From Dictyostelium discoideum (Eukaryota), in assembly GCA_000004695.1 (NCBI GenBank), contig CM000150.2, positions 864,001 through 928,000 on the forward strand: DNA of 64,000 nucleotides. The letters run 5' to 3'. Both the position numbers and the translations under genes were made by a program. Position 1 is the stretch's first letter. Every line of letters begins with the position of its first letter. Under the pieces are notes generated by a model. That model worked only from the letters and a program-made list of their open reading frames with translations, searched no databases and was not told where the DNA came from. This document shows positions 1-13,818 of this stretch, one piece after another.

Positions 1-2
1 CA

Positions 3-1925
3 AGATCACCACAAAAGTCAAAAGAAGAAAAAGAAGAAACTAGTAGTAATAATAATAATAAAAAAGAACAAAGTGAAAAATCAATAAAAATTGAAGAGAA
101 AGTTTTGGATGCAATTAGTAAGGATAGGGCAGGTGGGGTTTATATACCACCATTTAAGTTGGCAATGATGCAAAAACAAATTCAAGATAAATCATCACCA
201 GAGTATCAAAGAATGGAATGGGATGCATTGAGAAAATCAATCAATGGTTTAATCAATAAGGTTAGTTATTCCAATGTGAAGAATATAGCGGTGGAGTTAT
301 TTGGTGAGAATATAATCCGTGGTAGGGGATTGTTGTGTCAGTCGATTATGGTGGCACAGCAAGTATCACTACCATTCACCAATGTCTATGGTGCATTGAT
401 TGCAATCATCAATACCAAGATACCCGACATTGGTGAACTGCTACTCAAGAGATTGATAGACCAATTCAAGAAATCATTCAGAAGAAACGATAAACCAATT
501 TGCATCGCAAGCACGAGGTTCGTCGCCCACTTGGTGAATCAACAGGTGTCTGGCATACTGGTGCCATTGGAGATACTAACATTACTATTGGATAAGCCAA
601 CCGACGATTCAGTGGAGGTTGCAGTTAATTTCTTTTTAGAGTGTGGTCAGACTTTACAAGAATTGTCCTCTCAAACATTTAATAGTATTTTCGCACGTTT
701 TAAAGCTATCCTCCATGAAGGTGAAATCGAAAAGAGAACTCAATATCAAATTGAAGAATTATTCAAACAAGTTAGATTAAATTTCCCACAACATCCTGCA
801 CTAATCCCATCAATGGATGTAGTTGAAATTGAAGATCAAATCACTCATGACACCTTATCAATTGAAGAGAATTATAATACTGAAACTTTTTTAAACTTTT
901 TTAAAGTTGATGATAAATTTTTAGAAAATCAAGAACAATATAAACAAGTTAAAAGATCAATTTTAGGTGATTCTTCATCTGAAGAAGAAGATGAAGATGA
1001 AGATGGTAATAAAAATAATGTAGATAGCTCAAGTGATGATGATTCAGATGATGATGATGATGATGATGATGATGATAATTATAAACCACCAATTACAGCT
1101 GGTAAAGTTATAAATACAACAGTAATTGAAGATAAAACTGATACAAATTTAATTAATCTTAGAAAGACAATTTATTTAGCAATTATGTCAAGTAAGGATT
1201 TTGAAGAGTGTGCACATAAATTATTGAAATTAAAGATTCAAGGTCATGAAGATGAAATTTGTAATATGCTAATTCAATGTTGTAGTCAAGAGAGAACCTA
1301 TTTACCATTCTATGGTAATTTATCACAACGTTTCTGTATGATCAATAAGATCTATCGTGACTTGTTTGATCGTTGTTTTGCTGAACAATACGCTGTCATT
1401 CATAGATTGGAGACTAACAGATTTAGAAATATTGCAAAGATGTATGCTCATCTATTCTTTACCGATGCTTTACCTTGGACAACGTTACAGTATGTTCATA
1501 TCAATGAAAATGAAACTAATAGTGCAAGTCGTATCTTTATAAAAATACTCTTTCAAGAGATGGCAGAGTTTTTAGGTATTCAAAAATTAAATGAACGTTT
1601 ACAAGATCCTTCACTTCAAGAATCTTTCACTGGTATATTTCCAAAAGATAATCAAAAGAATACAAGATATGCTATCAACTTCTTTACTTCAATTAGTTTA
1701 GGTGCTTTAACTCATGATTTAAGAGAATTCTTAAAAAATGCTCCAAAAGTTTCTGTAATTGAAAAGAAAAAACAAGATTCAAGTAGTGATGATAGTAGTA
1801 GTGATGATAGTAGTGATGATAGTAGTGATGACAGTAGTGATGACAGTAGTGATAGTAGTGATAGTAGTAGTAGTGATGATAGTAGTAGTGAAGATGAAAG
1901 AAGAAGAAAAAAGAGAAGAAAGTAA
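3..1925 (+). CDS. cwc22: Pre-mRNA-splicing factor CWC22 homologue (MIF4G + MA3 domains), 5'-partial. The reading frame is open back to the window edge, with the first full codon at position 3. It has a C-terminal Ser/Asp-rich and basic tail.
   Basis: ORF 105..1925 continues upstream with no stop to position 3. It matches the CWC22 signature blocks YIPPxKLxMMQxQIxDKxSxxYQRMxWxALxKSINGLINKV, RGRGLL, RRNDK and the MA3 block RTYxxFxGxLxxRFCM ... FTDxLPWxxL. It is followed by an SD-rich tail and a KKRRK basic end. Confidence 0.85.
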   Translation, partial: RSPQKSKEEKEETSSNNNNKKEQSEKSIKIEEKVLDAISKDRAGGVYIPPFKLAMMQKQIQDKSSPEYQRMEWDALRKSINGLINKVSYSNVKNIAVELFGENIIRGRGLLCQSIMVAQQVSLPFTNVYGALIAIINTKIPDIGELLLKRLIDQFKKSFRRNDKPICIASTRFVAHLVNQQVSGILVPLEILTLLLDKPTDDSVEVAVNFFLECGQTLQELSSQTFNSIFARFKAILHEGEIEKRTQYQIEELFKQVRLNFPQHPALIPSMDVVEIEDQITHDTLSIEENYNTETFLNFFKVDDKFLENQEQYKQVKRSILGDSSSEEEDEDEDGNKNNVDSSSDDDSDDDDDDDDDDNYKPPITAGKVINTTVIEDKTDTNLINLRKTIYLAIMSSKDFEECAHKLLKLKIQGHEDEICNMLIQCCSQERTYLPFYGNLSQRFCMINKIYRDLFDRCFAEQYAVIHRLETNRFRNIAKMYAHLFFTDALPWTTLQYVHINENETNSASRIFIKILFQEMAEFLGIQKLNERLQDPSLQESFTGIFPKDNQKNTRYAINFFTSISLGALTHDLREFLKNAPKVSVIEKKKQDSSSDDSSSDDSSDDSSDDSSDDSSDSSDSSSSDDSSSEDERRRKKRRK

Positions 1926-2635
1926 TAATAAAAAATTAAATTAAATTCCAAATCAAAAAAAAAAAAAAAACTATTTTTATAAAATAAAACAATGGGGGGT
2001 ATTAGTCCATTGTTTTTTTTTTTTTTTTTTTTTTTTAAATTATTTTATTTTTTTATTTTTGTTTTTAAACAATTATTTATTTATTTATTTTTTATTTTTT
2101 TTTATTTTTTTTATTTTTTGTTTTAAAACACACGTGGAAATTTCATTTTTTTTAATTTATTTTTTATTTTATTTTTTTTAATTTATTTTTTATTTTATTT
2201 TTTTTTTTATTTTTTCTTGTTTAAATTGTCTTGAATTTTTACTACCTAACCACAACTGGTGGTTTTATTAATTATTATTTTTGAATTTTTTTTGAATTTT
2301 TTCACCAGGATAAATAAACATTGTTTTAAAAATTAATTCAATTTGCATGATTAAAAAATTAATTTTGGAAAAAAAAAAATAATAAAAAAAAAAAAAAAAA
2401 ATTATTTTAAATTATATTCAATTAGTGATAATAACAATATAAAGTATATCAATATTAATTTTAATTTTATAAATAAAGAAACAATTTCTATAAGAAAAAA
2501 ATAAAAAAATAATAAAATAATAAAAAAATAAAAAATAATAAAAAAATATAAAAATTATAAAATAAATAATTAAAATAAATAAATAAATAAAATAAATAAA
2601 TAAAATAAATAAATAAAATAAAATAAATAATTTTT

Positions 2636-3904
2636 ATGGATTGGATAAAAAGTTATTTTAATTATTATTTTAAAAGAGAAGTTGTAGTTAAAAATAGTAA
2701 CGGAGATAGTAGTAAAATTGAAGATTATGTTGTAGATCAATTTACGATATTAAATAATAATGTTGAAGATGGTAATAATAATAATATTTTAAATTCAAAT
2801 GATGATGGTGGTGGTATAAAAATAATCGTTTCATTTGATGGTGGTGGTATGAGGGGTATTGTTTCAATATTATTATTAAAAGAAATTCAAAATATATTGG
2901 GATTTGATATTGGAGTAAATTGTGATATTGTTTGTGGTACAAGTACTGGTGGTATAGTTACTTATGCAAAATTATTTAGTGTTGATAATGATGAACTTTT
3001 AAGACTTTATTGCGAATTTGGTAAGAAAATATTCCCATCTTCATCAATGGGTATAATGTATAACGTTTATGAAGAGAGTACATTATGTAGTACCAAAGAG
3101 TTAATATCTACTTTAGAAACCAATTTCCAAGGTAAAATAATGTCTGATAGAAAAGGATTCGTTGTAACTGTTGCTCAAGATAAAATCAGTGCTGAAAAAA
3201 GTGTAAAGATTTTCGCAAATTATCAAAACCCTTCAACAAATTTACATGACGACGATAGCACATCAGTGGTGGATATCATTCGTTCCACAGCTGGAATTCC
3301 AGGTTTATTCCATCTCTATGAAAATGATAAATACATCTATTACGATGGCGGATTCCAATACAATTGTAATTTACCAATTGCATTAATTGAAGCATCTTCA
3401 CTATATCCAAATGCTTCAAAATTATTATTCATTTCAATTGGAACTGGTTATGGTAAAAATGATTCACCCAATTATTATTGTTCAAATGATTCAACTGATG
3501 ATAGGGTTGAAGAGTATTTAAAACAATTTCAAGATCAATCATCAATTGGTGGAATTAAATTAAAATCATCTCAACAAGCTTCTCCAACAAAACTTGGTGG
3601 AATCTATGATTTAATTAAAAATTTATATAATCTTTATAGAAATTATGTCAATATGACAGATACTTATGTAGTTTTACAACAATTTTTAAAAGATCATCAA
3701 TTGGATGACCATATATTCACCTATCGTTTTGATGTACAATTAGAATATGATATTAGTCTACGTGATAGTTCATTACAAGCTGAACAAGAAATGCAAAGAT
3801 CAGTTTATGATTATGTAAATTCAAATACTAGTTTTAAGAGATCTGTTTCAAATATTAAAAAATTAATTGAATTAAATAATAATAATAATAATAAACAATT
3901 GTAA
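2636..3904 (+). CDS. Patatin-like phospholipase domain protein (single exon)
   Basis: ORF of 422 aa with the patatin motifs: DGGGMRG (oxyanion), G-T-S-T-G nucleophile elbow (CGTSTGG) and a downstream DGG (YYDGGF). Confidence 0.75.
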   Translation: MDWIKSYFNYYFKREVVVKNSNGDSSKIEDYVVDQFTILNNNVEDGNNNNILNSNDDGGGIKIIVSFDGGGMRGIVSILLLKEIQNILGFDIGVNCDIVCGTSTGGIVTYAKLFSVDNDELLRLYCEFGKKIFPSSSMGIMYNVYEESTLCSTKELISTLETNFQGKIMSDRKGFVVTVAQDKISAEKSVKIFANYQNPSTNLHDDDSTSVVDIIRSTAGIPGLFHLYENDKYIYYDGGFQYNCNLPIALIEASSLYPNASKLLFISIGTGYGKNDSPNYYCSNDSTDDRVEEYLKQFQDQSSIGGIKLKSSQQASPTKLGGIYDLIKNLYNLYRNYVNMTDTYVVLQQFLKDHQLDDHIFTYRFDVQLEYDISLRDSSLQAEQEMQRSVYDYVNSNTSFKRSVSNIKKLIELNNNNNNKQL

Positions 3905-4195
3905 AAATAAAAATATAAAAATAAAAATAAAAAAAAAACATTGTATACTTTTTAGAATAATTAAAAAAAAAAAAAAACAGTAAAAATGATAGATTTGGAA
4001 TATTGTTTTTACTGGAAACAATCAATTTTTTTTTTAGATATTTATTATTTTATTTATTTTTAAATTTTTTTTTTTTTTTTTTTTTTAAGAGACATTCAGA
4101 AATATTTCTGAAAAAAAAAAAAAAAATTGTTTTTTTTTTTTTTTTTTTTTTTCGGTTTTGATCACAATAGTGACTTTTAAAACAAATAAAATAGA

Positions 4196-4486
4196 ATGTT
4201 GTTGGTTGAAGAACTATTTTGGAAAATTTTTAAAAATAAATTTTTATTTAATAAAATTTTTGAACATATAGAATCAACTGAAATTGATTACGATGATCAT
4301 AAACAAATAACTGTTTTTAATAAAATTAAATTTAAATATTTAACAACATTTGGTTTCTTAATTCTAGAGGAGCAATATGAATTAATAAAATGTAAATTAA
4401 AAAGTAATGATCACATTAGTTTTAATGATACAAATTCAATAAGAATATTTTTTAATATGCTTCAAGTGAATATTAATAAAAATAAA

Positions 4487-4572
<86 letters not shown>

Positions 4573-7500
4573 AAGTGAATTATATTTGGAAGAATCAGTT
4601 AAAGAAAATTTTAAAGAAATTCTAACATTGGTTCTAAGAAAAAGAAGAGAAGAATTTGAGATTAAAGATTTAATAAGAGAAGCTGTTAATCACGAAAATT
4701 ATGAAGCATTATTAATATTATTAAATGATGAATTCAAATTCCAAGTTTTACCAGATATAATAATATTAGCATTACAAACTTGTAAAAATCCATTAATTAT
4801 AAAAATATTATTAGAATCTCCTTATTCAACAATAACTCCAGATATAATAAATCATTCACTTTATTTAATTTTTAATAATTATAATTTAATTAATAATAAT
4901 AGTGTAAAACATGAATTAGCAATTCAAATAGTATATGATAATTTATTTTCAAAGAAAGAATATGATGTAACCAAATTACAAAAAATTAATTTACATAATT
5001 TACTTTTATTAAAATCAACAGAATTACAAAATAAATTAATAGATTTAAATATAATTGAAACACCAGATTCTATACATTTAGAATTATTTAAATTTTCAAT
5101 GAATTTAAAATCATTTTTAATATTTATTAAAATTTATTATAAATATTTTAATAATAATAATAATAATAATATTAATAAATCAAAAATGAATGAAATTCCT
5201 AAAATAATTCAAGATAAAATTAATAATATTAATAATGAAGAAGAAGAAGAAGAAGATAAATTAAAAGAATTACAAAAATTATTAGTAATCGAAACTAAAT
5301 CATTACCATTATATTTAAAATATTTAATGAAATGGGATGAACCAATTAAAGAATTAAAAGAGTTTGAATTAGTTTATCAATTTTGTTTTAAAACATTTAG
5401 TTTAAATTGCTTAAAATTTTTAATAGATAATAATTTTAAAAATAGTTTATTTTTAATAAATAATAAATTTAAAAATGGTTCATCCCATAATAATAGAATT
5501 AAATTATCATCAATAATGTTTGCCAATAGAAGTTTAATTGAAATTATTGAATTTTTACAATTTGCATATTGTAATGAAAATAATTATTTGAAATTGAAAT
5601 CATTAAATTATGAAAAATTTCATTTTTTAAATGTTTTTAATTACATTATGAAAAGTAGTAAATGCAATTTTAAGATTTATAATCAATTTATTATAATTGT
5701 AAATAAAATTTCAAAAAGTAATATTACCAAATCGAAACTACCACTCACTTGGAATTCAATATTACCAGATATATTAAATAATAAAAATAAATTATTAATA
5801 TTAATTAAAAATAAATCAACGATTAATTGGATTTTTCAAAATATTGGAATGAAAGAAATTTCCAATACATTAAATAAAAATAAATTTAAATTTAAATCAT
5901 TAGAATTACTTCAATTTTATTTAAAAAAAATTAAAGCTTTTGGTTTAAAAAATGGAAACTTTCTTGAAATTGATGCAACTGAATTATGTAAAGAAGCAAT
6001 TGAATCATGTAATCTTAAAGAATTAAAAATTTTAAATGAAATGGATTTATCACCAATAAAACCATTGGATATTAATTTTTCACTTTTTAAAAAACAAAGA
6101 AAAGAAGAAAAAAAAGTAATCAAAGAAGAAGAAGAAGAAGAAGAAGAACATGAGGAAGAAGAAGAAGAAGAAGAACAAGAGGAAGAAGGAGAAGAAAAAG
6201 AAGAATTATTAACAATTGAAAATTTTAAAGAAATGATAAATTATTTAAATCAAATTAATTTTAAAATAATTTCAAATGATATGTTTGATAGATTCTTTAT
6301 TGCAGTTTTAAAAAGTTTTCCACAATTAATTGAAATCATTAATACCACAAAATTAAGAGTATTGAATATTTTGAATATTTTATTTGATTCTCAATATTAT
6401 TTTGATGAAAATAAAAATATTAATTATTTATTACCACTACTTTTAAAGTTTGAATCTAAAATTTTAAAAGATTTAGAATCTCATCAATATAATTTATTAA
6501 GTAATCAAGAAAATGGTGATGTTCTATATAATAAAGAATCATTTGAAAATATTTTTAAAATTATTCAATTTTGGGTAAATCAAATTCAACAATTTTTGAA
6601 TGATAAAACTAGTATTGATACAAGTGGTGATGGTATAAATATTATATTTACAAGATTTTTAAATCATTTTTATAGAGAATTATTATCAATTAAATTAATT
6701 AAAAAAGATCAAGTTATAGAAGTTAATAAATTTATTAATGGAAGAATTCCATCATATTTAAATGATAATAATTTATATTGTACAATGCGTTACTTTTTCA
6801 TTTGTTCACCAAAGTTTACAAAGTATTTAATGTCAAGATCAACAATAGAAAAAAGAAGAAGTATTGATTATGTAAAAATATGTTGTGATCAAATAAATCC
6901 AAATTTTCAATTTTTTGAAACAAATATTTTAGATCCAGATATCTTTACAATTGATTTCATTTTTAATTCAGATTTTGGCACAGTAATAAATAGATTAATG
7001 GATCAATTAACAGATTATAATTCAAAATCATTAAATTTCAATTTAAATACCAATTTATCCTACTTTTTACATATAAGAAGGGTAGATTTATTTTTTGAAG
7101 AATTTAATAGATTTAAATTATTTGATAGTAGTACAAATACAAATACACCTAGAACAATTGTTTTAAATAATTTAGATTCACAGCAAATATTAATAACACC
7201 ATATAATAAAATAAAAGAAACTAGTATTTATTATGAAAAACTTCAAGAATTAAATGAAAAAGAAGATCGTTTAAAACATTATTCAATTGAAGAGAATTTA
7301 TATTTATTAATGGTTAGAGCTTTAAATGTTAATGAAATTCAAAGATTCATTGAAATTCATTATGACCATCCATTAATTCATAATAAAATTTTAAAGTTTG
7401 CTTGTGGTGCTAATAGATTTGAAATTGTGGATTTCTTAACTTCAAATTTTATTGTTGATTTTAGTGAATTTTGGAATAGTTTGTTCGATAGTCCAAACAC

Positions 7501-8344
7501 TGATCAATTATTTCAACATTTATTCAACAATTATCCTGAATTCAAAAATATAATAGATCAATCATTATCAAATTTAATTGAAAAAGAATTTAAAAACCTT
7601 CAAATACTTCTTTTACAATTATTACCATACATTTTCCATAAAAATGAATACCAACATTTATATTCAAAATTCTTAAACAACGCTTCAAATATTAAACAAG
7701 TATTAACTGAAATTATGAATTTAGATAGTTTTGATTTATTAGTTGAAGACATGAGAAATGAAGATTATACAGATGATGATTTTGAGGAAGAAGAAGAAAT
7801 GGAAGAAGAAGAAGAAGAAGAAGAAGAAGAAGAAGAAGAAGAAGAAGAAGAAGAAGAAGAAGAAGAAGAAGAAGAAGAAGAAGAAGAAGAAGAAGAAGAA
7901 GGAAATGAAGAAGTAGTAGACGATCAAGAAATGGGAGAATATGATCAACATGAAGAATTAGGAGTAGAAGAAGGAAATGAACAAGTAGGAGATGATGAAC
8001 ATTTATATAATACAGTAAAAAATATATTAAATTTAGATGATTCTATAAAAGTTTTAAAAGAATTAGCATGTAGTAATATTGAAAATAGACAATTTCAAAC
8101 TAATATATTCACAATTTCATTTTTAAATGGATATTCAACTCTTTGTGAAATGATTTTAAATTATTTTCCAAATAAATTTCAAATAACAAAATCATTAATT
8201 GATAAATCATTAAGAACTTCAAATATTGAAATCATCAAATACTTTTATAAAAATAAAACAATTGAAAAACATAGAATATTAAATTATGTAAATCAACAAT
8301 TAAAAAATCATACAAATTTTAAATATTTAGATTGGATAAAATAA
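4196..8344 (+). CDS. Large hypothetical protein (1382 aa) with poly-N, poly-E and acidic tracts. No confident domain assignment.
   Basis: Single uninterrupted 4.1 kb ORF. Codon-like GC elevation contrasts with the AT-rich flanks. It contains an (AAT)n tract encoding ~35 Asn and a (GAA)n tract encoding ~34 Glu. Confidence 0.6.
7785..7900 (+). repeat. (GAA)n microsatellite inside a CDS, encoding poly-Glu
   Basis: Visible uninterrupted gaa repeats. Confidence 0.9.
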
Positions 8345-8489
8345 AAAATTAAATAAAAAAAATAAAAAAAAATAAAAAAATAAAAAAAATAATTATTTAA
8401 AAAATAAATGAATACATTTAATTTTATTATTATCTGATTTAAAAACAGAAAAACATTTCAAAAAGGGGTGAATTTGTAATGTTTCTTTT

Positions 8490-9185
8490 TTATTGTTTTG
8501 GTGCTGATGATTTAAGGAAACTGAATTTCTTCTTTCTGTTGAATTCTTTGATTTCATCACAGGTGATTACACCATCACGGTCAAGATCCATTTGTCTGAA
8601 GATACTATCAGTAATAAGTTCTGGATCCTCAGCACCTTGTTCAGTGAATCTTTGAAGAACTTCATCTCTGGTAATCTATAATATTTTTTTTTGTTTTTTT
8701 ATAAAAGAAATTAGTTATAAATAAAAAAAATTAATTTGAAAATAATTAAAATAATTACTTTTCTATCACCATCTTTATCATTATCATTAATAAATTTTTC
8801 AACATCCCAATTTAAAACTTTTTCAATTTTCTCATCGTTCATTCTAACAATTCTAAGTTTGGCCTCTTCAATTGTTAATTCACCATTTTTATCAGTATCA
8901 TCACGGAAAAGCAAATCAGCTATTTTGGAAATTGGGTGAGGGAAAAAAAAAAAAGAAAAATAAAAAATTTAAAAATTATTTCAATTTTTTTATTTTTATA
9001 TTTGGAAATAAAAAAAGATAATTACCAATTCTCTCTGGATTTTTTTTACCAGCTTTTCTCAATGTTTCTACTATTTCAATATAGGTAATTTTACCATTAC
9101 GGTCTGAATCATATTTTTTAAACAAACTTTCAAGGTCTTTCTCCATTCCCTTTCTAATATCTTTATAGTGGACTGTGGCAGACAT
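8490..9185 (-). CDS. EF-hand calcium-binding protein (Dictyostelium CBP-family-like), 168 aa, four EF-hands. Three exons: 9185..9026, 8919..8759, 8675..8490.
   Basis: Two ORF-track fragments (8976..9185 and 8711..8914, minus strand) plus a third open frame at 8490..8675. They are joined by GTAATT donors at 9025 and 8758 and by (T)n-AG acceptors at 8921/8920 and 8677/8676. The spliced product is MSATVHYKD...DSDRNGKITYIE...DTDKNGELTIEE...DNDKDGDRK|ITRDE...DLDRDGVITCDE...KQ*. Phases are consistent: 160+161+186 nt. Confidence 0.75.
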
Positions 9186-10006
9186 TTTTGCTATTCGAAT
9201 TTGAAAAAAATATTAAAATAATGAGATAAAAAGTTTAATGAATAATTATGATATGGAAAAAAATAATAAAAAAAATAAAGGAATATTCCTTTAAATACTA
9301 AAAAAAAAGCACATTAAAAAAAAAAAAAAAATAAATAAAAAAATAAAATTTTATTATTATTAATTTTTTTTTTTTTATATGAAATTATTCATTTTTGTAG
9401 TTTGGAGTAATTTTGAGTGAAGTTAAATTATACAAACTGTTTATTATATTTTTTTTTTATTTTTTTATTTTTTTATTTTTTTTTTTTTTTGTTATAGATT
9501 GTTGGAGATTAAAAATTTCCATTTTCATGATAGTGGGAAAAATGTGTTTTTTTTTTTTTTTCCTAAAAATAAACTCAATATTTATCTTCAATAATGATTA
9601 AAAAATTTGAGATTTGAATGGGGGAACTATGATTATTTACAAAAAAACAATAAAAAAAAAAAATTAATAAAAAATAAAAAAATAAAAAAAAAAAAAAAAA
9701 AAAGGAAAAAAATAAAAATAAAAATAAAAATAAAAATAAGAGAAAAACTAAATCAATTTTTTTCATTTTTTAAAATTTTTTTATATTTCCAATTATTTTT
9801 AAATTAATTTATATTGAATTAATTTCCAAACTTATATCTTTTAAATTATTTTTTATTTTTATTTTTATTTTATTTTTTTTTTCTTCATTAGGATTTTGTT
9901 TTTTTATTTAATTTTTCAATCCAAAATATTTGATTTTTTTTTTTTTCTTTTTTTGGGCCTTTTATTATTTTGATTTATTTTTTTTTTTTTTTTTATTTTT
10001 TTTTTT

Positions 10007-10054
<48 letters not shown>

Positions 10055-10155
10055 AATAATTATCGCAGTACCCAAATTTTGGCTTAGAGCCTATAATGTA
10101 TTCATAATAAATAATAAATAATAAATAATAAATAAATATATAAATAATAATAATT

Positions 10156-12174
10156 ATGGGTAAAAAAGTCAAAAGTATTAAAATATTAAATGTTATTGAT
10201 ATTGATGGTAGAGCTACAGAATTATTTTGGGTGAATGGGCAATTGATTGAGAATACAACCAAAGGCTATTTAGCTATGGTTTCAAATACAGTTCGTGGTA
10301 GTAGAAAAAGAATAGGAAAAAATCAATCACTTCAGTTCATTTCACAAGAATCAAGAGATATCCTAACGAGCCACGTAAAGAATATGACAAACAATGGTAA
10401 ATTAAAATTAAAGAATTTTTCAATGGGTAATTGTCAATGTGATCTATGTCTAAACGAATTACCTATAATAATTAAAGTTAAAAAAGATTTATATCCAACT
10501 ACTCCAAGTTCTTGGGTTGATTATATCGGTTTGTAAGTATTTAATAATAATAATTAAAAATAAAAGGAAATAAAATTCATCAAACTAACATTTATAATTT
10601 TATTAATTTATTAAAAAAAAAAAAAAAGAGCAATGTTTTGTATAAATAAACAACAAAAATATAGAGTTGATGGAAAAGAGAAAGAAGTCAAAGAGAATAG
10701 TGATGATGATGTATGTGATGAGAGTGATGAGAGTGACGGTGGTAGTGGTAATGAATTGGAAGGTAAATTTTCAGCAGAGAATAGATATGTACTTGAAGGT
10801 TCAAAATATTTTATAAACACAAGAGATCTATATGACTATATGAAAGCTCATAAAGGATTAATGGAAATTAGTAAATCATTTGAATTGTTTGACCCAAAAG
10901 TGTTAAGACAATTAATTAATCATTGTATTCATATTCATCCATTCAAATTTCAAAGTGGTAAATCTTATTTTGGCACTGGTTATTGGACTTTAAAAGACGT
11001 AGATGAAGATCCATGGTATGATATTGATATATCTGATGATATACCATCAAAACGCATAGTAAATAATAAAGTATCACCAATTCGAATTGATCAAGCTTCA
11101 ACTCCAAATGGTTTATATAAAAAAGTTAGTCCTATTCATCAAAAATGGAATAGATCCATGGCAACAAGTGATGATATTGATAATAATAAAGATGATGACG
11201 ATGATGATGATGATGATGAAGATGAAAAAGATATAAGTAAAAATAAAAAAAGAAAAAATACTCCTTCAATTAAAATAACTCCTAAATTAAATGTAAATAA
11301 TGATAAAATATTTCATCACCATGTTGATGATGATGGTGATGGTGGTGGTGGTGATGATAGTGATGATAGTGGCGGTGGTGGTGATATTGAAGAAGATGAA
11401 GAAGATGAGGAAGTTAATGAAGAGAAATATCCAGAGACTGATGAAGATGATGATAATTATGGAGATGACGACGATGGTGAAGATGATGATGGGGAAGAAG
11501 AATATGATTTTGGTGATGATTTAACTGATGATGATGAAGAAAGTAATATTGATCAACATTATAAAATTCAAGATATTAAAGAGTATGAACAATATAAAGA
11601 AGAATCAAGAAAAAAACACCAAGAACAACAAAAAGAACAAAAACAAGTCCATTTCAATGAGAGTTTATTAGGTGGTCAATGTAAGAATTTAGAACCACTC
11701 ATATTGGAAAAGACAATAATGGAACAATTTTCATTCACTCCAATAATAGAAAGAATGAAATTAAAATCAAAATTAAATAATAGTCAATTAAATTTATTAC
11801 CAAGAGAATACACTAGATTTATGATTTTAAAATTCATAGATAATGATATGAAAGTTGATGATTCAAAATCAATTAGTTTACAGGCATCAATTTTAATTAA
11901 TGATTTTTGGTTATGCCATATTTCCCATACTCAAAAATATAATGAATTTTGTAGATTATTAAAAACCAGAATCTATTGTTATCCTCAAATTTACTATGAA
12001 CCTCAACCAATTCAAAGAAAACGTTATGAAAGAACTTTAAAACTTTATCAAAAATATTTTACCAATAAATATTTGAAAAAAAAAAAATATATAGATGATG
12101 ATAATAATAATAATATTAATAATAATATTAATAATTTACCATCTCATATATGGCCTTTAGATTTATTTTCATCA

Positions 12175-12256
<82 letters not shown>

Positions 12257-12348
12257 TTAATAATATAAATAATAATAATAGTAGTATAAATTACTATAGT
12301 ATTAATCATATAAATGATGATATTGACTATCCTGGTTGTTTTTATTAG
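10156..12348 (+). CDS. Paralogue-family member A: N-terminal beta-like domain + CQCDLC module + FKSGK/GYW module + acidic tract + C-terminal EY.RF..LK/RY.RTLKLY.KYF module. Two exons: 10156..10532 and 10629..12348.
   Basis: ORF 10156..10536 ends in ...YIGL followed by GTAAGT (10533-10538). The (A)n-AG acceptor at 10627/10628 restores the frame with ORF 10633..12348 (junction ...PTTPSSWVDYIGL|AMFCINK). The junction lies in the same PTTPS...Y block as in the 13257 paralogue. Confidence 0.7.
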
Positions 12349-12377
12349 ATATTTATACCACCAGTGACGGCAAATAT

Positions 12378-12562
<185 letters not shown>

Positions 12563-12949
12563 GCATAGTGGTATTGATATTGAAAGTGAAAGAAATTATT
12601 TTAAAATAAAAGATTAGTGACAAATTAAAGATTTTATTATATTCACATATATTAAAATATGAAAAATCTAATTTTTTCCAAAAAAATTAAAAAAGATATT
12701 TTTTTTTTTAATAATTTATTTATTTTTTATTTTTTTTTTTTTTTTTGTTTTTTTTTTTTTTTTTTTTTTTTTTAATTAATTTTTTTTTTTTTTTTTTTAA
12801 TAATTTTCTTATTATAACACCCCACACCATCAAATTAAAAAATAATGTAAAAATATATTAGGAACGAACAAATAAACAACATAACAAATTATTTTTATAA
12901 AAATACACTCCCCTCAACTTTATAATTTTTAGTAATAATTTATTTTGGT

Positions 12950-13025
<76 letters not shown>

Positions 13026-13073
13026 AAAACAAATAAAAAAAATAAATAAAAATTAATTAATAAAATAAAATAA

Positions 13074-13104
<31 letters not shown>

Positions 13105-13141
13105 TAAAAAACAAATAAAAAAAAAAAAAAATTATTAAAAA

Positions 13142-13213
<72 letters not shown>

Positions 13214-13256
13214 TAATAATAATAAAAAAATAGATGAAATATTTAGTAATTTTAAT

Positions 13257-13319
13257 ATGATGGCAAATATTAATAATAATAATAATTTTAATTTTAATAA
13301 TAATTTAATTTCTTCCAAT

Positions 13320-13391
<72 letters not shown>

Positions 13392-13499
13392 TATATAAAT
13401 AATAATTATATAAATAATAATAGTAATAACATAAATAATAATATAAATAGTATTAACCCTAATAATAATATTAATATTAATAATAATAATCTTATTAAC

Positions 13500-13582
<83 letters not shown>

Positions 13583-13583
13583 T

Positions 13584-13653
<70 letters not shown>

Positions 13654-13733
13654 ATATTAATAATAATAATATTAACAACAACAACAGCAACAACAACTAC
13701 AGCAACAACAACAACAGCAACAGCAACAATAAC

Positions 13734-13764
<31 letters not shown>

Positions 13765-13775
13765 TTAATAATAAT

Positions 13776-13818
<43 letters not shown>

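Noticed and set aside
1712-1951. Minus-strand 79-aa ORF and plus-strand 61-aa ORF overlapping the cwc22 tail
   Set aside because: Alternative-frame readings of the (agtgatgat)n Ser/Asp-rich repeat.
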